NCBI GenBank assembly: GCA_030447785.1
Contig: JAUJOF010000003.1
Span: 90,572-154,571, forward strand
Direction of reading: 5' to 3'
DNA length: 64,000 nt
DNA from: Solirubrobacteraceae bacterium
Lineage (GTDB): Bacteria; Actinomycetota; Thermoleophilia; Solirubrobacterales; Solirubrobacteraceae
Both the position numbers and the translations under genes were made by a program. Below, one piece after another: positions 36,838 through 50,187 of the stretch. The notes under the pieces are model-generated. The model made no database searches. It had not been told where the DNA came from and saw only the letters and a program-made list of their open reading frames with translations. Numbering within the stretch: position 1 is the stretch's first letter; each line of letters starts with the position of its first letter.

Positions 36838-37706
36838 TAGCCCGCCACCGCGGTGAACAACACCGCGTCGATGCGGTCCAGCACGCCGCCGTGGGCGCCG
36901 AACAGCGTGCCGCTGTCCTTCAGACCCAGGTCACGCTTGAGCATCGACTCGAAGAGGTCTCCGGCCGGGGCGGCCAGCGCCACCGCGAGGGCGAGCGCGA
37001 GCGCCCCGCCCACACCGAGGCCGTCCACGGCGAGCAGCGCGGCGGCGAACGCGGCGAGCGTCGCCACCACCAGGCCGGCCACCATGCCCTCGACGGTCTT
37101 GGCCGGGGAGATCGCGGGTGCCAGCGGCCGGCGACCCCACGCCGTGCCGGCCAGGTGGGCCGCGGTGTCACCCAAGAATGTGCCCAGCAGGACCGCGATC
37201 ACCAGCTCCGTGCCCTCGGGCAGCTCGCGCAGTAGCACGCCGTGGGCCAGGCCCAGGCCGATCCACGCGGCACCGAGCACCGCGGCGGCCACGGCCGGAG
37301 CGGTGCCCGCGCGCGGGGGATGGCCGAGCGCGGCGGCCAACAGGAGCAGCGGGAGCAGCGCGACGAGCAGACCGCCCAGCACGTCGCGGCCTCCCGCGAG
37401 TGCGCCGACCACGAGCGCGGCGACCGCGCCCGCGCCCACCGCGCCCAGGGTGGGCGAGGCTCCGAAGGCGCCCATGAGCTCCACGGCGGCCAGGACGCCC
37501 AGGGCGGCGAGGGCCAGCGCGAAGGGCAGGCCGCCCAGGGCGACGAGCGCGAGCAGCACCAGTGCCGCGGGCACGGCCACCGCGACGCGCGCGCTCATGT
37601 CGGCCGGCAGGCGCCCGCGTCGCCTCACCGAGGGCCCTTCGTCCGCCGGGGGCCGTCCGCTCATCGCTGGACCTCCACCGGTTTGCGCGCGTGCGGGCAC
37701 GGGCAA
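36813..37706 (-). CDS. cdsA: phosphatidate cytidylyltransferase
   Basis: The C-terminal signature is SMLKRDLGLKDSGTLFGAHGGVLDRIDAVLF. The start is uncertain (37706, 37664 or 37598). Confidence 0.85.
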   Translation of the reverse strand: MPVPARAQTGGGPAMSGRPPADEGPSVRRRGRLPADMSARVAVAVPAALVLLALVALGGLPFALALAALGVLAAVELMGAFGASPTLGAVGAGAVAALVVGALAGGRDVLGGLLVALLPLLLLAAALGHPPRAGTAPAVAAAVLGAAWIGLGLAHGVLLRELPEGTELVIAVLLGTFLGDTAAHLAGTAWGRRPLAPAISPAKTVEGMVAGLVVATLAAFAAALLAVDGLGVGGALALALAVALAAPAGDLFESMLKRDLGLKDSGTLFGAHGGVLDRIDAVLFTAVAGYYATLAAL

Positions 37707-37715
37707 GCGCGGGGG

Positions 37716-38276
37716 ATGGCCACCCGCCCTCCGGCGCTCAACCTGCCCAACGCGATCACGATGGCCCGCATCGTCCTCGCTCCGGTCCTCGTCGTGCTGG
37801 TGCTGAGCAGTCCGGAGGGCTCGGTGGCGGCGGCCGTCGTGTTCGCGGCGGGAGCGCTGGGCGACGTCCTCGACGGCACGCTCGCGCGCTCACGTGGCCT
37901 GGTCACCACGGTAGGCAAGCTCCTCGACCCGGTGGCCGACAAGCTGCTGGTGGGCGCGGCGCTCATCGCGCTGGTCGTGGTCGATCGCCTGTGGGTCGTC
38001 GTGCCCGTGGTCATTCTCACCCGCGAGGTGCTGGTCACCGTGCTGCGCACGGTCGCCGCCCGCCGCGGGGAGATCATCGACGCCAGCTCCTTCGGGAAGA
38101 TCAAGATGACGCTGCAGATCGCCATGGTGCTCGTCCTGCTGGCCGTGGCGGACCCCAGGCAAGCCTGGGTCGACGTCCTGGTGGCCGCCACCGTGCTGGC
38201 CACGGTCGTCTCGGGCATCGACTACCTCGTGAAGTTCCGCCGCGCCGAGCCGGCGCCCGCGGCCCGAGTCGCCTGA
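37716..38276 (+). CDS. pgsA: CDP-alcohol phosphatidyltransferase (PgsA-like)
   Basis: ATG at 37716 in ORF 37242-38276. CDP-alcohol motif DVLDGTLARSRGLVTTVGKLLDPVADK. Confidence 0.8.
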   Translation: MATRPPALNLPNAITMARIVLAPVLVVLVLSSPEGSVAAAVVFAAGALGDVLDGTLARSRGLVTTVGKLLDPVADKLLVGAALIALVVVDRLWVVVPVVILTREVLVTVLRTVAARRGEIIDASSFGKIKMTLQIAMVLVLLAVADPRQAWVDVLVAATVLATVVSGIDYLVKFRRAEPAPAARVA

Positions 38277-38347
38277 CGGGAGCCGACCCGGGCGGCCGCA
38301 TCGGACGGCTCGCTCGGCCCGGCTCCCCAGACTGCCTGGCCCCGGCT

Positions 38348-39355
38348 TCAGGACCCCGGCACCGCCAGGCGCAGCAGGTCGAGTGGATCGCGGCGCACCG
38401 GCACGGCGGTGGGATGGCGTCGGACGGGCACGACCTCCGCGGGATCGCGCAGCAGGCGCAGGCGGCCCTCGCGCATCAGCCGCTCGTCCACCGCTCCCAG
38501 GCGCCCCTCGAACATCGACCACACCGGCACGCCCAGCGCCGCCGCCTCACGGTTCATGGTCCCCCCGGCCGAGACCACCAGGTCGGCCTGGGCCACCAGG
38601 GCGCCGCCATCCACCGCGCGGGGGGGCACGACGACGCGCTGCAGGCCCAGAGCGCGCACGTCGTCTGCCTGGCCGGGCGTACGCGCCAGCACCACGACGT
38701 GGGCGCGCGGCTCGGCCACCAGGCGAGCCAGCAGCCGCGGCAGCAGCGTGCTCTCGGCACCGCCCAGGTACAGCGCATAGGAGGGCGCCGTGCGCACCAC
38801 GCAGAGGATCGCATCGCGCGGCACGCCGAGGGTGTCGAGCAACCCCGGGTCGGGTGGGTGGGCGTGCAGGTAGTACTCCTCCTTGAGACCCGGGTACCGG
38901 ACGAGCTTGCGCCCCCGCGCGCCGAAGCGCGTCAGGCGCTCGCGAGGGATCGCCTCGGGCACCAGCACCCGCGTGGCCAGCCGGCAGTTCACGCTGTGCT
39001 GGACCAGCGCGAACTCGTAGTCGAACATCGTGGTGTTGGGGACGGCCAGCGCGCGGCAGGCCACCGGCAGGTCGGTGGATCCGTGGGCCAGCGCGGCGTC
39101 GAAGCGCCGCCCGCGCGCGAAGCGCAGCATCCGCACGACCCGGTCGGCCGCCGCGCGCCCCTTGCCCGCCCGTCCCACGCCGCCGTAGCGGCCCAGCAGC
39201 GTGTAGGCGTGTCCCCAGTCGTCCAGCAGCTCGACGGTGTGCGACAGCGGCCGCGCGGTCAACTCCACCTCGTGACCGCGCTGCTCGAGCAGCTCCACCA
39301 GCGGGCGCAGCACGACAACGTGCGCGGTGTTGGTGAGGTCCACCCAGACGCGCAT
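38348..39355 (-). CDS. DUF354-family protein (GT-B-like)
   Basis: Contains MRVWVDLTNTAHVVVLRPLVELLEQRGHEV, YPGLKEEYYL and GGTMNREAAALGVP, which are typical of DUF354. Confidence 0.65.
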   Translation of the reverse strand: MRVWVDLTNTAHVVVLRPLVELLEQRGHEVELTARPLSHTVELLDDWGHAYTLLGRYGGVGRAGKGRAAADRVVRMLRFARGRRFDAALAHGSTDLPVACRALAVPNTTMFDYEFALVQHSVNCRLATRVLVPEAIPRERLTRFGARGRKLVRYPGLKEEYYLHAHPPDPGLLDTLGVPRDAILCVVRTAPSYALYLGGAESTLLPRLLARLVAEPRAHVVVLARTPGQADDVRALGLQRVVVPPRAVDGGALVAQADLVVSAGGTMNREAAALGVPVWSMFEGRLGAVDERLMREGRLRLLRDPAEVVPVRRHPTAVPVRRDPLDLLRLAVPGS

Positions 39356-39487
39356 CGGGCTCCCGGGTCAGATGGTCCATCGCGGATGTGGGTCCGCGAT
39401 GGCGGCGCGGCGCTCGGAGGTGCCCTCGCCGCGCCGGGAGGGGGACTGCGCCATGCGAGCCACCCTATCGCTAGCGTGCGCGATGCC

Positions 39488-39607
39488 ATGGACCTGGCCA
39501 GCCTCGCGGACGCCGAGCGGTTCACCACCCTGGACAGCTCCACCGTCCGCGAGGTCGCCGACACCGTCTCGCTGCCGGCTGTGCTCACCGAGGGGCTCGG
39601 ACGATGA
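39488..39607 (+). pseudogene. 39-codon remnant resembling the N-terminus of a cupin-domain protein
   Basis: MDLASLADAERFTTLDSSTVREVADTVSLP resembles the openings of small cupins. It stops after 39 codons, where the next gene begins. This is weak, similarity-by-memory evidence. Confidence 0.25.
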
Positions 39608-40554
39608 GGCGCTGCGCGCTCGTGGTGGCCGTGGTGTTCGCGGCGCTGGCGGCGGGAGCGGTTGGGGGCGGCGAGGCCCGGGGAGAAGTCGCGCTGGGCA
39701 TCGCCGATCAGAAGGCCGAGACCTTCTCGGACCCGCGCATGCACGCGCTGGGGATGGGCCGCGCACGCATCGCCGTCAGCTGGGACGTGCTCGAGATCGA
39801 CCACGAGCGCGAGCGCCTGGACCGGTGGCTGGCCGCCGCGTTGCGCAGCGGGGTGGAGCCGCTGGTCTCCTTCCAACACTCCGCCCGGCGGCGCCGCTCG
39901 CTGCCCAGCCCGGTCGAGTTGACCGAGCAGTTCCTCGCGTTGCGCAAGCGCCACCCCCAGGTCACGCAGTTCGCGACCTGGAACGAGGCCAACCACTGTG
40001 GCGAGCCGACGTGCCACCGCCCCGAGCTGGTGGCCGCCTACTGGCGCAAGCTGCGCCTGGCGTGCCGGGAGTGCATCGTCCTGGCCGCCGAGGTCCTCGA
40101 CCTCGAGAACATGAGCCGCTGGATCCTCGACTTCCGCGCACATACCCGCAGGAACTACCGCGGCGACGTGCGCGAGCCTTCCCACTGGGGCCTGCACAAC
40201 TACGTCGACGCCAACCGCTTTCGCACCATCGGCACGCGGCGCATGCGCGCGCACACGCGTGGCGAGATCTGGTTGACCGAGGTGGGCGGCATCGTCTCGC
40301 GCAACAACCGCAGCGACCTCGACCTGCCCAAGGGCCCGCGCCACGCCGCCCGGGCGACGAAGTTCCTGCTCGAGCGGCTCGTGCCGCTGACGGGCCGCAT
40401 CCGCCGCCTGTACGTCTACCACTGGCAGGTCGACGACCTGCTGGGTACGTGGGACTCGGGACTGATCACGCCCGGGGGCAACGAGCGCCCGGCCTATGAC
40501 GTGCTCGCCGACTGGGTGGCGGCCCGCCGGGCGAGGGACGGGACGGGCGGCTGA
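39604..40554 (+). CDS. secreted clan GH-A (TIM-barrel) glycoside-hydrolase-like protein
   Basis: Signal peptide (MRRCALVVAVVFAALAAGA). Contains ATWNEANH (acid/base-type) and IWLTEVGG (nucleophile-type). It is related in style to 11506-13083. Confidence 0.55.
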   Translation: MRRCALVVAVVFAALAAGAVGGGEARGEVALGIADQKAETFSDPRMHALGMGRARIAVSWDVLEIDHERERLDRWLAAALRSGVEPLVSFQHSARRRRSLPSPVELTEQFLALRKRHPQVTQFATWNEANHCGEPTCHRPELVAAYWRKLRLACRECIVLAAEVLDLENMSRWILDFRAHTRRNYRGDVREPSHWGLHNYVDANRFRTIGTRRMRAHTRGEIWLTEVGGIVSRNNRSDLDLPKGPRHAARATKFLLERLVPLTGRIRRLYVYHWQVDDLLGTWDSGLITPGGNERPAYDVLADWVAARRARDGTGG

Positions 40555-41069
40555 CGAAGGGGCCGTACTCGCGCTCGGAGCTACTCGCGCTCATCGCCGA
40601 CACGCACCTGCCGCGCGGCCGGCGGACGCTGCCCGAGGCCTGCGTGGCGCGCCTGCGTGCCGCGGACGCCATCGTGCACGCCGGCGACCTGAGCACGCCG
40701 GCGGTGCTCGAGGAGCTGGAGGCGCTGGGTCCGCCCGTCCATGCCGTGCACGGCAACGTGGACGACGAGGCGGTGCGTGCGCGACTGCCCGAGGTCACCT
40801 AGGTCCGGGCCGGGGAAGCGGTCATCGCCGTGGTGCACGATGGCGGCCCGGCGCGCGGGCGGCTGGGGCGCCTGCGCCGGCGCTTTCCGGCCGCCGACGC
40901 CGTGATCTTCGGCCACTCCCACATCCCGCTGCACGAGCGGGCGCAGGACGGCTTTCAGATCTTCAACCCCGGCAGCCCCACCGACCGCCGCCGCCAGCCC
41001 CACCACACCATGGGCCTGGCGGAGGTGGAGGGCGGCGCGGTGCGCTTCGCGCTGGTGGACCTGGACTGA
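40551..41069 (+). pseudogene. YfcE/MJ0936-type metallophosphoesterase with in-frame TAG and no canonical start
   Basis: LALIADTHLP, HAGDL, VHGNVD, then TAG at 40800-40802, then VVHDGG and IFGHSHIPL, all in one frame. No ATG/GTG/TTG lies between the upstream stop (40497) and the DTH motif. Confidence 0.6.
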
Positions 41070-42623
41070 TCACGCCAGCCCGTGGTCGCGCAGCAGCGCG
41101 CGGGCCGTGCCGCGGCCCGGTGCGCCCGCGACGCCGCCGGTGGGGGCGGTGCCCGCGCCGCCGGCGTAGAGGCCCGTGACCGGCGTGCGGTGCGAACCCA
41201 GCGCCGCGGTGGGCCGCAGCGTCCCGAGCTGGTCGGGTGTGACATCGAGATGCATGGGGTGGGCGCCGGGCCAGCGCAGCTGGCGGGCCATCTCCTCGGG
41301 GGTGCGCACGACCACGCCCGTGACGGCCTCGCGAAACCCGGGCGCGCGGGCCTCGACCTGGGCGAGCAGGTCCTCGGTCAGGCGCTCTTGCGCGCCCTCC
41401 CATCCGCCTTCCACCGCGTAGGGCGCAGTCGGGCAGGCCAGGTAGACGGTGTGCGCGCCCGCCGGGGCCAGCGAGCCGTCCAGCGCCGAGGTGGTGAAGG
41501 CGTAGGCGGGCGCGGGGGAGGGCAGGCGCCCGGCCTCGGCCTGCACGAAGCCATCCTGCAGCGCGTCGAGCGAGTCGACGAAGCTCTGCAGGCCGTTCCA
41601 GTCGCCCGCGCGCGCCCCCGGGTAGGCCGGCAGGCGCGTGGCGCCCACCAGCACCAGCGCCTGCACGGTGTTGGAGCGGTGTGCGGCGCGCAGGCGCCGG
41701 CCCGCCGCGCCGCCCAGCGGCGGGTCGAGCAGCTCGAGCAGCGCCGCGCGCGGATCGGTCGCGGCCACCACGGCGTCGGCCGCCAGGCGCTCGCCGTCCT
41801 CGAGCACCACGCCGCGAACGTGCCCGGCGGCGGTCTCGATGCGCGCCACCGGTGCCTCGCAGCGCACCGTGCCCCCCAGCGCCTCCAGCCGGCGCACGAG
41901 CGCCGCGGCCAGCGCCCCCGAGCCCCCGCGCGCGTGCCACTGGCCGAAGCGGTGGTAGGCGGCCTGCCACAGCGCAAAGGCCGCGCCGCCCGGCGTGTTG
42001 GGACCGGCGCCCGCGTGGGCGGCGAAGGCCGCGACGGGCCCTCTCGTGAGGTCGGAGCCCAGGCGTCCGCGCAGCAAGGTGCCGTAGGGGGCCAGCAGGT
42101 CGCCGGCCACCTCGCCCGCCCCGGCGCGGCGCACCGCCCGCCACGCGGCGGGCAGCCGGCGCAGCGCGCGTCCCACGGTGGCCCGCGGAGAGCCGGCGGT
42201 GACCAGCCCGCTGACCCCGAGGTCGACCAGCGGCACCGCGAGGGCCATGAAGTCGGCGTACAGCTCGGCCTCGGAGGGGTCGTGCTCGGCGATGGAGGCC
42301 ACCGTGCGCTCCACGCAGCGGTGAAAGCGCACGATGCGCCCGTCGACGAAGACGGCCACCGCGAAGGGATCCATCTCCAGGTACTCGAGGCCCGCGCCGG
42401 CGAGGTCAAGCTCCCGCGGGATCGGGGTCATGTTGATGATGTTGTGGGCGACCGAGTGGGTGTCGAAGCGGTGGCCGGGCAGCAGCTCCTCGGTGCGCGA
42501 CCCGCCCCCCGGCGCGCCTGAAGCCTCCAGCACCGTCACCTCCAGTCCGGCACGGGCGAGGTAGCACGCGCACACCAGGCCGTTGTGGCCGCCGCCGACG
42601 ACGATCGCGCGCATCGCGCCCAC
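41070..42623 (-). CDS. phytoene-desaturase-family NAD(P)/FAD-dependent oxidoreductase
   Basis: N-terminal dinucleotide fold MRAIVVGGGHNGLVCACYLARAGLEVTVLE, with the usual CrtI-like length and a C-terminal GGGTAPTGGV. Confidence 0.75.
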   Translation of the reverse strand: MGAMRAIVVGGGHNGLVCACYLARAGLEVTVLEASGAPGGGSRTEELLPGHRFDTHSVAHNIINMTPIPRELDLAGAGLEYLEMDPFAVAVFVDGRIVRFHRCVERTVASIAEHDPSEAELYADFMALAVPLVDLGVSGLVTAGSPRATVGRALRRLPAAWRAVRRAGAGEVAGDLLAPYGTLLRGRLGSDLTRGPVAAFAAHAGAGPNTPGGAAFALWQAAYHRFGQWHARGGSGALAAALVRRLEALGGTVRCEAPVARIETAAGHVRGVVLEDGERLAADAVVAATDPRAALLELLDPPLGGAAGRRLRAAHRSNTVQALVLVGATRLPAYPGARAGDWNGLQSFVDSLDALQDGFVQAEAGRLPSPAPAYAFTTSALDGSLAPAGAHTVYLACPTAPYAVEGGWEGAQERLTEDLLAQVEARAPGFREAVTGVVVRTPEEMARQLRWPGAHPMHLDVTPDQLGTLRPTAALGSHRTPVTGLYAGGAGTAPTGGVAGAPGRGTARALLRDHGLA

Positions 42624-42762
42624 GCTACCCGGGCGCCCAGGATCTCCCCGTCAGCCCTCTCGTGGCGCTCGACGCACCCACGACCTGCTCGCCCAGGGCC
42701 TGGGCACGCCCGTGTTCGGGTAGAGGACCTGGGCCGGGAACTCTGTGGCGCGTGCCACTTTC

Positions 42763-42792
42763 TTGTTACAAAGTCGCACAAACTTGTAGATT
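42763..42792 (+). promoter_or_regulatory. candidate promoter of the atp operon
   Basis: TTGTTA (42763-42768), an 18-nt spacer, then TAGATT (42787-42792). It lies in the only AT-rich island upstream of the operon and is embedded in the imperfect palindrome TTACAAAGT..ACTTGTA. Confidence 0.5.
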
Positions 42793-42829
42793 CCCGGTCC
42801 ACCCGGGCGAGCCCGGGCCTCCACCCTCC

Positions 42830-43210
42830 ATGCCGCTCCTTCGCAATATCGATCTCCTCGTCCTCGTCCTGGCGCTGGCGGTCTTCGTGGCGGCCGGGCT
42901 GCCGCTGCTGGGCTGGCTCACCGCTGCGGCGATCTGGGCGATGTGGCGGGCCGTCGGGGCGTTCACCGAGCGCCGCGCCGAGGAGGCCGCCGACCTGCGG
43001 CGCACCGCCGGGCTCATGGCGGGCTCGATGATCGGGCGCGGATGGGCCATGGGCCTTATCCTCGTCGCCGTCGGTCTGACCGCCGGGGACGACGTCGGCC
43101 TCTCCGCCGCCGTGCTCTGCGTCGTGCTATTCACCCTGCACTTCACCACCCACGGCCTGCTGCCATCCTCCGGCGGCGGCAGCCGCCCCACCAAGACCTC
43201 CCCCACATGA
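42830..43210 (+). CDS. small 4-TM membrane protein in the AtpI position
   Basis: ATG at 42830 in ORF 42662-43210. 126 aa, hydrophobic. Its stop overlaps the atpB start. Confidence 0.5.
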   Translation: MPLLRNIDLLVLVLALAVFVAAGLPLLGWLTAAAIWAMWRAVGAFTERRAEEAADLRRTAGLMAGSMIGRGWAMGLILVAVGLTAGDDVGLSAAVLCVVLFTLHFTTHGLLPSSGGGSRPTKTSPT

Positions 43211-44112
43211 AGAACCTGTCCACACGCGCGAAGGTCCTGCTCGGCCTCGCCGCCCTGCTTCTCCCGGCGGCTCTGCTGGGCATCATCTTCGGCTCCATTG
43301 GCGAGACCGACTTCCAGCCCCAGGAGGAGTTCAAGCTCGAGCCCTACATCGCCCTGGAGGCCGGGCCCCTCGATCTGTCCATCACCAAGGCGGTCATCTA
43401 CCTCTTCCTGGCGTCCATCATCACGCTCGGCCTCACGCTCTTCGTCGCCAACCGCATGCAGGCGCGGCCCAACCGCGTCCAGACCGCCGTGGAGACCGCC
43501 TACACCTTCATGCGCGACAACCTCGCGCGGGGCAACATGGACGACGCGATGGCCCGGAGGTGGTTCTCCTTCGTGGGCACGCTGTTCCTGTTCATCTGGG
43601 CCTCGAACATGATCGGGTACGTCCCGCTGCCGCTGAACGCGAGCCACCCGATCGAAGTCGGCGGGCTCGAGCTTCCGACCTTCGCGATCTACGCGGCCAC
43701 GGCCAACATCTCGGTGCCGCTCGTGCTGACGCTGATGGTGTGGCTGGCCTACCACGCCGAGGGAGTGCGGGCCAAGGGGCCGATCAAGTACGTGAAGGGA
43801 TGGGTGCCCGCGGGCGTGACCGGCGTCGCGGCCTTCCCGATCTTCCTCATCGAGGTGATCTCCCAGTTCGTGCGCATCATCTCGCTGAGCGTGCGGCTCT
43901 TCGCCAACATGCTGGCCGGCCACCTGCTCATCCTCTTCATGGGCGGCGGGCTGGCCATCATCCTCGGTCTCGCCGCGCTGGGCTGGATCACCTTGCCCAT
44001 CGCCTGGGTGTTCTTCCTCTTCGAGATCGTGCTGATCGCCACGCTGCAGGCGTTCATCTTTGCGACCCTGACGGCCATCTATCTCGGCGAAGCGGTCGCC
44101 GAGTCCCACTGA
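43207..44112 (+). CDS. atpB: F0F1 ATP synthase subunit a
   Basis: The essential Arg context is SLSVRLFANMLAGH. Polytopic. ATG at 43207. Confidence 0.9.
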   Translation: MKNLSTRAKVLLGLAALLLPAALLGIIFGSIGETDFQPQEEFKLEPYIALEAGPLDLSITKAVIYLFLASIITLGLTLFVANRMQARPNRVQTAVETAYTFMRDNLARGNMDDAMARRWFSFVGTLFLFIWASNMIGYVPLPLNASHPIEVGGLELPTFAIYAATANISVPLVLTLMVWLAYHAEGVRAKGPIKYVKGWVPAGVTGVAAFPIFLIEVISQFVRIISLSVRLFANMLAGHLLILFMGGGLAIILGLAALGWITLPIAWVFFLFEIVLIATLQAFIFATLTAIYLGEAVAESH

Positions 44113-44131
44113 GAGAAGGAGACCACACCAC

Positions 44132-44386
44132 ATGGACCTCGAGCTCATCACCTACCTCGCGCAGGCGGAGTTGAAGTCCATCGCGCTGGGCGTGGGCGCC
44201 GGCCTGGGCACCATCGGCCCCGGCATCGGCGTCGGCTACATCTTCGGCAAGGTCATCGAGTCGGTGACCCGCCAGCCGGAGATGCGCGACGAGATCACCT
44301 CGATCCAGTGGCTGGGCTTCGCCCTGACCGAGGCGATCGTCTTCTACGCCTTCATCTTCGGCCTCATCGCCTTCTTCCTCGCTTAG
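44132..44386 (+). CDS. atpE: F0F1 ATP synthase subunit c
   Basis: 84-aa hairpin protein with GxGxGxG (GAGLGTIGPGIGVG) and the carboxylate helix (LGFALTEAIVFY). Confidence 0.9.
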   Translation: MDLELITYLAQAELKSIALGVGAGLGTIGPGIGVGYIFGKVIESVTRQPEMRDEITSIQWLGFALTEAIVFYAFIFGLIAFFLA

Positions 44387-44390
44387 GCCG

Positions 44391-44966
44391 ATGACGCAGA
44401 GCCTCTCCACGCTGGCGCCCTTCCTCGCCCAGGGCGGAAGTGGCGGCTCCTTCCTGGTCACCCCGAGCATCGGGCTGATGATCTGGACGCTGCTGGCCTT
44501 CGGCCTCACCTACGCGGTGCTGCGCAAGTTCGCGTTCCCGCGCATCGCCGACAACCTCGACAAGCGCCAGCGCGCGATCGAGGAGTCGATCGAGACCGCC
44601 GAGCGCACCAAGAGCGAGGCCGAAGAGATCCTGGCCGAGTACCGCGAGCGCCTCAAGGAGGCCCGCACCCAGGCCGAGGAGATCGTCGTGCGCGCGCGGC
44701 GCGCCGGCGAGCAGCACGAGGCCGACTCGCTGGCAGAGGCCAAGCGCCGGCGCGAGGAGATGGTCGAGCAGACCCGCCGCGACGTGGAGCAGGAGACCCG
44801 CCGCGCAATCCAGGAGATCCGCAAGGAGGTCGCCGACCTCACGATCATGGCCACCGAGAAGGTCACCCGCAAGAGCCTGACCGACGACGACCAGCGCCGC
44901 CTGGTCGACGAGGCCTTGGGCGAGCTGGACTTCGAGCGGCTGGCCGGGGAGGCGCGCCAGAACTGA
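44391..44966 (+). CDS. atpF: F0F1 ATP synthase subunit b
   Basis: A single N-terminal TM followed by a long charged coiled coil. Operon position supports the call. Confidence 0.85.
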   Translation: MTQSLSTLAPFLAQGGSGGSFLVTPSIGLMIWTLLAFGLTYAVLRKFAFPRIADNLDKRQRAIEESIETAERTKSEAEEILAEYRERLKEARTQAEEIVVRARRAGEQHEADSLAEAKRRREEMVEQTRRDVEQETRRAIQEIRKEVADLTIMATEKVTRKSLTDDDQRRLVDEALGELDFERLAGEARQN

Positions 44967-45502
44967 TGGAGGAGATCGCCGAGGTCTACGCCCGCTCGCT
45001 CTTCGAGGTCGCCCGGGAGCAGGGCAAGCTCGATGCCGTGCGCGAGCAGCTCGGTGAGTTCGCCGATGCGCTGGACGCCGAGCGCGAGCTGGCCGTGTTC
45101 TTCTTCTCGCCCTACTTCTCCACCCAGGAGAAGGCCGACGGCCTGGAGCGCGTGCTGGTCGACGCCGACGAGACGGTGGTCAACTTCCTGCGCCTGCTCA
45201 TCGAGAGGCACCGCATGCCCGCCGTCTTCCGCGTCCGCCGCCGCCTCGACGCGTTGTGGGAGCGCGAGAACAAGGTGCTGCCCGTGCAGATCACCTCGGC
45301 CACGCAGCTGGACGAGGAGACCGTCAAGCGCATCGGCGATCGCATCGGCGAGGAGACCGGCCAGCGCATCGAGCTCACCGCGCAGGTCGAGCCCGCCATC
45401 CTGGGAGGCATCGTGCTGCGCGTGGGCAACCAGATCCTCGACGCCTCCATCCGCGCCCGCCTCGACCGACTCCGCCGGCAAGTGGCTCCAGGGGCCGCTT
45501 GA
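44966..45502 (+). CDS. atpH: F0F1 ATP synthase subunit delta
   Basis: OSCP/delta-like (YARSLFEVA...[18 protein letters not shown]). TGATG overlap with atpF. Confidence 0.85.
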   Translation: MEEIAEVYARSLFEVAREQGKLDAVREQLGEFADALDAERELAVFFFSPYFSTQEKADGLERVLVDADETVVNFLRLLIERHRMPAVFRVRRRLDALWERENKVLPVQITSATQLDEETVKRIGDRIGEETGQRIELTAQVEPAILGGIVLRVGNQILDASIRARLDRLRRQVAPGAA

Positions 45503-45539
45503 GCCACCCGACCACCGCCCCGTAGGAGAGAACGCTTCC

Positions 45540-47215
<1,676 letters not shown>

Positions 47216-47270
47216 GCTCGAGTCTCAGCTCGATCATGTGCGCCATCGACACCGGAGGTAGTCCCTCGCG

Positions 47271-48191
47271 ATGAGCGCCAAGCAGGCCGACGTCAAGGAG
47301 CGCATCTCCTCCGTCCAGAACATCCGCAAGATCACGCGGGCGATGGAGATGGTGGCGGCTGCGCGCCTGCGCCGGGCCGAGCAGCGCATCGAAGCGCTGC
47401 GGCCCTACGCGGCCGCGATCCGGCGCATGACCCGCCAGGCCGCCGAGGCGGCGGGAACGGAGGTCGGCTCGCTGCCCGTGCTCAAGGAGCACGACAAGGA
47501 CGAGGCCGTCGCGCTCCTGCTGATCACCGGGGACCGCGGCCTGGCCGGCGCGTTCAACTCGCAGATCCTGCGTAACGGCCTCCGCGCGGCCACCGAGCAC
47601 GAGCGCGAGGGCCGGCGCGTGAGCTTCTCGGCCGTCGGGCGGCGCGGCGTGTCGAGCCTCGAATTCCGTGACAGCGAGGTCGAGGGCGCCTACATAGGCT
47701 TCACCGACCGCCCCGCCTACGCCGACGCGCGGAACATCGCCGAGGACCTGATCAGCGCCTACGTCGACGAGAAGGTCGACCGGGTGGAGATCTTCTACAA
47801 CGGCTACGTGTCCGCGCTCACGCAGGAGGTGCGCCACGAGACGCTGCTGCCGTTGCAGCAGGCCACCATCCTGGAAGGCAGCGAGGGGGAATCGGAGGGC
47901 GCCGAGGAATCCGATTCCGACCCATCCCACAGCGCGCTGGTGGAGTACGAGCCCGACCCGGGGGAGATCCTCTCGCGTCTGGTGCCCGACTACGTGGAGA
48001 TCTCGGTCTACCGCGCCCTGCTGGAGTCCACCGCCTCCGAGCACGGGGCGCGCATGACCGCGATGCGCAGCGCCACGGAGAACGCCGGAGAGCTCATCGA
48101 CGACCTGACGCTCGAGATGAACCGCGCGCGCCAGGCCGAGATCACCCAGGAGATTCTGGAAGTCGTCGCCGGGGCGGAGGGCCTCGGGTAA
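47271..48191 (+). CDS. atpG: F0F1 ATP synthase subunit gamma
   Basis: Contains IRKITRAMEMVAAARLRRA and the C-terminal NRARQAEITQEILEVVAGAE. Confidence 0.9.
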   Translation: MSAKQADVKERISSVQNIRKITRAMEMVAAARLRRAEQRIEALRPYAAAIRRMTRQAAEAAGTEVGSLPVLKEHDKDEAVALLLITGDRGLAGAFNSQILRNGLRAATEHEREGRRVSFSAVGRRGVSSLEFRDSEVEGAYIGFTDRPAYADARNIAEDLISAYVDEKVDRVEIFYNGYVSALTQEVRHETLLPLQQATILEGSEGESEGAEESDSDPSHSALVEYEPDPGEILSRLVPDYVEISVYRALLESTASEHGARMTAMRSATENAGELIDDLTLEMNRARQAEITQEILEVVAGAEGLG

Positions 48192-49769
<1,578 letters not shown>

Positions 49770-49773
49770 GCCC

Positions 49774-50187
49774 GTGGCTCACGAGGCGTTCCCGGTCGAG
49801 GTGCTGACCCCGGAGGGGCTGGTGTTCGACGAGGAGGTCGAGATGGTGTCCACCCGCACCGGGGTGGGCTCGATCGGCATCCGCGCGCGCCACCAGCCCC
49901 TGCTGGGCATGCTCGACCCGACCGAGCTGCGCCTGTACCGCGGCGAGTCGGACATCGTGCGCTTCGCCCAGGGCGAGGGCTACGTCCAGGTCGCCGACGG
50001 ACGCGTGCTTCTCCTGGTCGAGGAGGCCGTGCCCCCCGACGACCTGGACCGCGGCGACCTCGAGGATCGCCTGCGCCGCGCCGAGGAGGCCGAGTCCTCG
50101 GCGGAGGACGACTCCGAGGAGCAGCGCCGCGCCCAGCGCGACAAGCGCCGGGCGCAGGCGTTCCTCAATATCGCCGGCGGCGGCTGA
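49774..50187 (+). CDS. atpC: F0F1 ATP synthase subunit epsilon
   Basis: GTG start. An N-terminal beta-sandwich-like sequence followed by a helical charged C-terminus. It is the last gene of the operon. Confidence 0.85.
   Translation: MAHEAFPVEVLTPEGLVFDEEVEMVSTRTGVGSIGIRARHQPLLGMLDPTELRLYRGESDIVRFAQGEGYVQVADGRVLLLVEEAVPPDDLDRGDLEDRLRRAEEAESSAEDDSEEQRRAQRDKRRAQAFLNIAGGG

Noticed and set aside
40800-40802. In-frame TAG as pyrrolysine or programmed readthrough.
   Set aside because: There is no pyl genes context. The gene also lacks a start codon and has a 5' duplication, which is consistent with a pseudogene.
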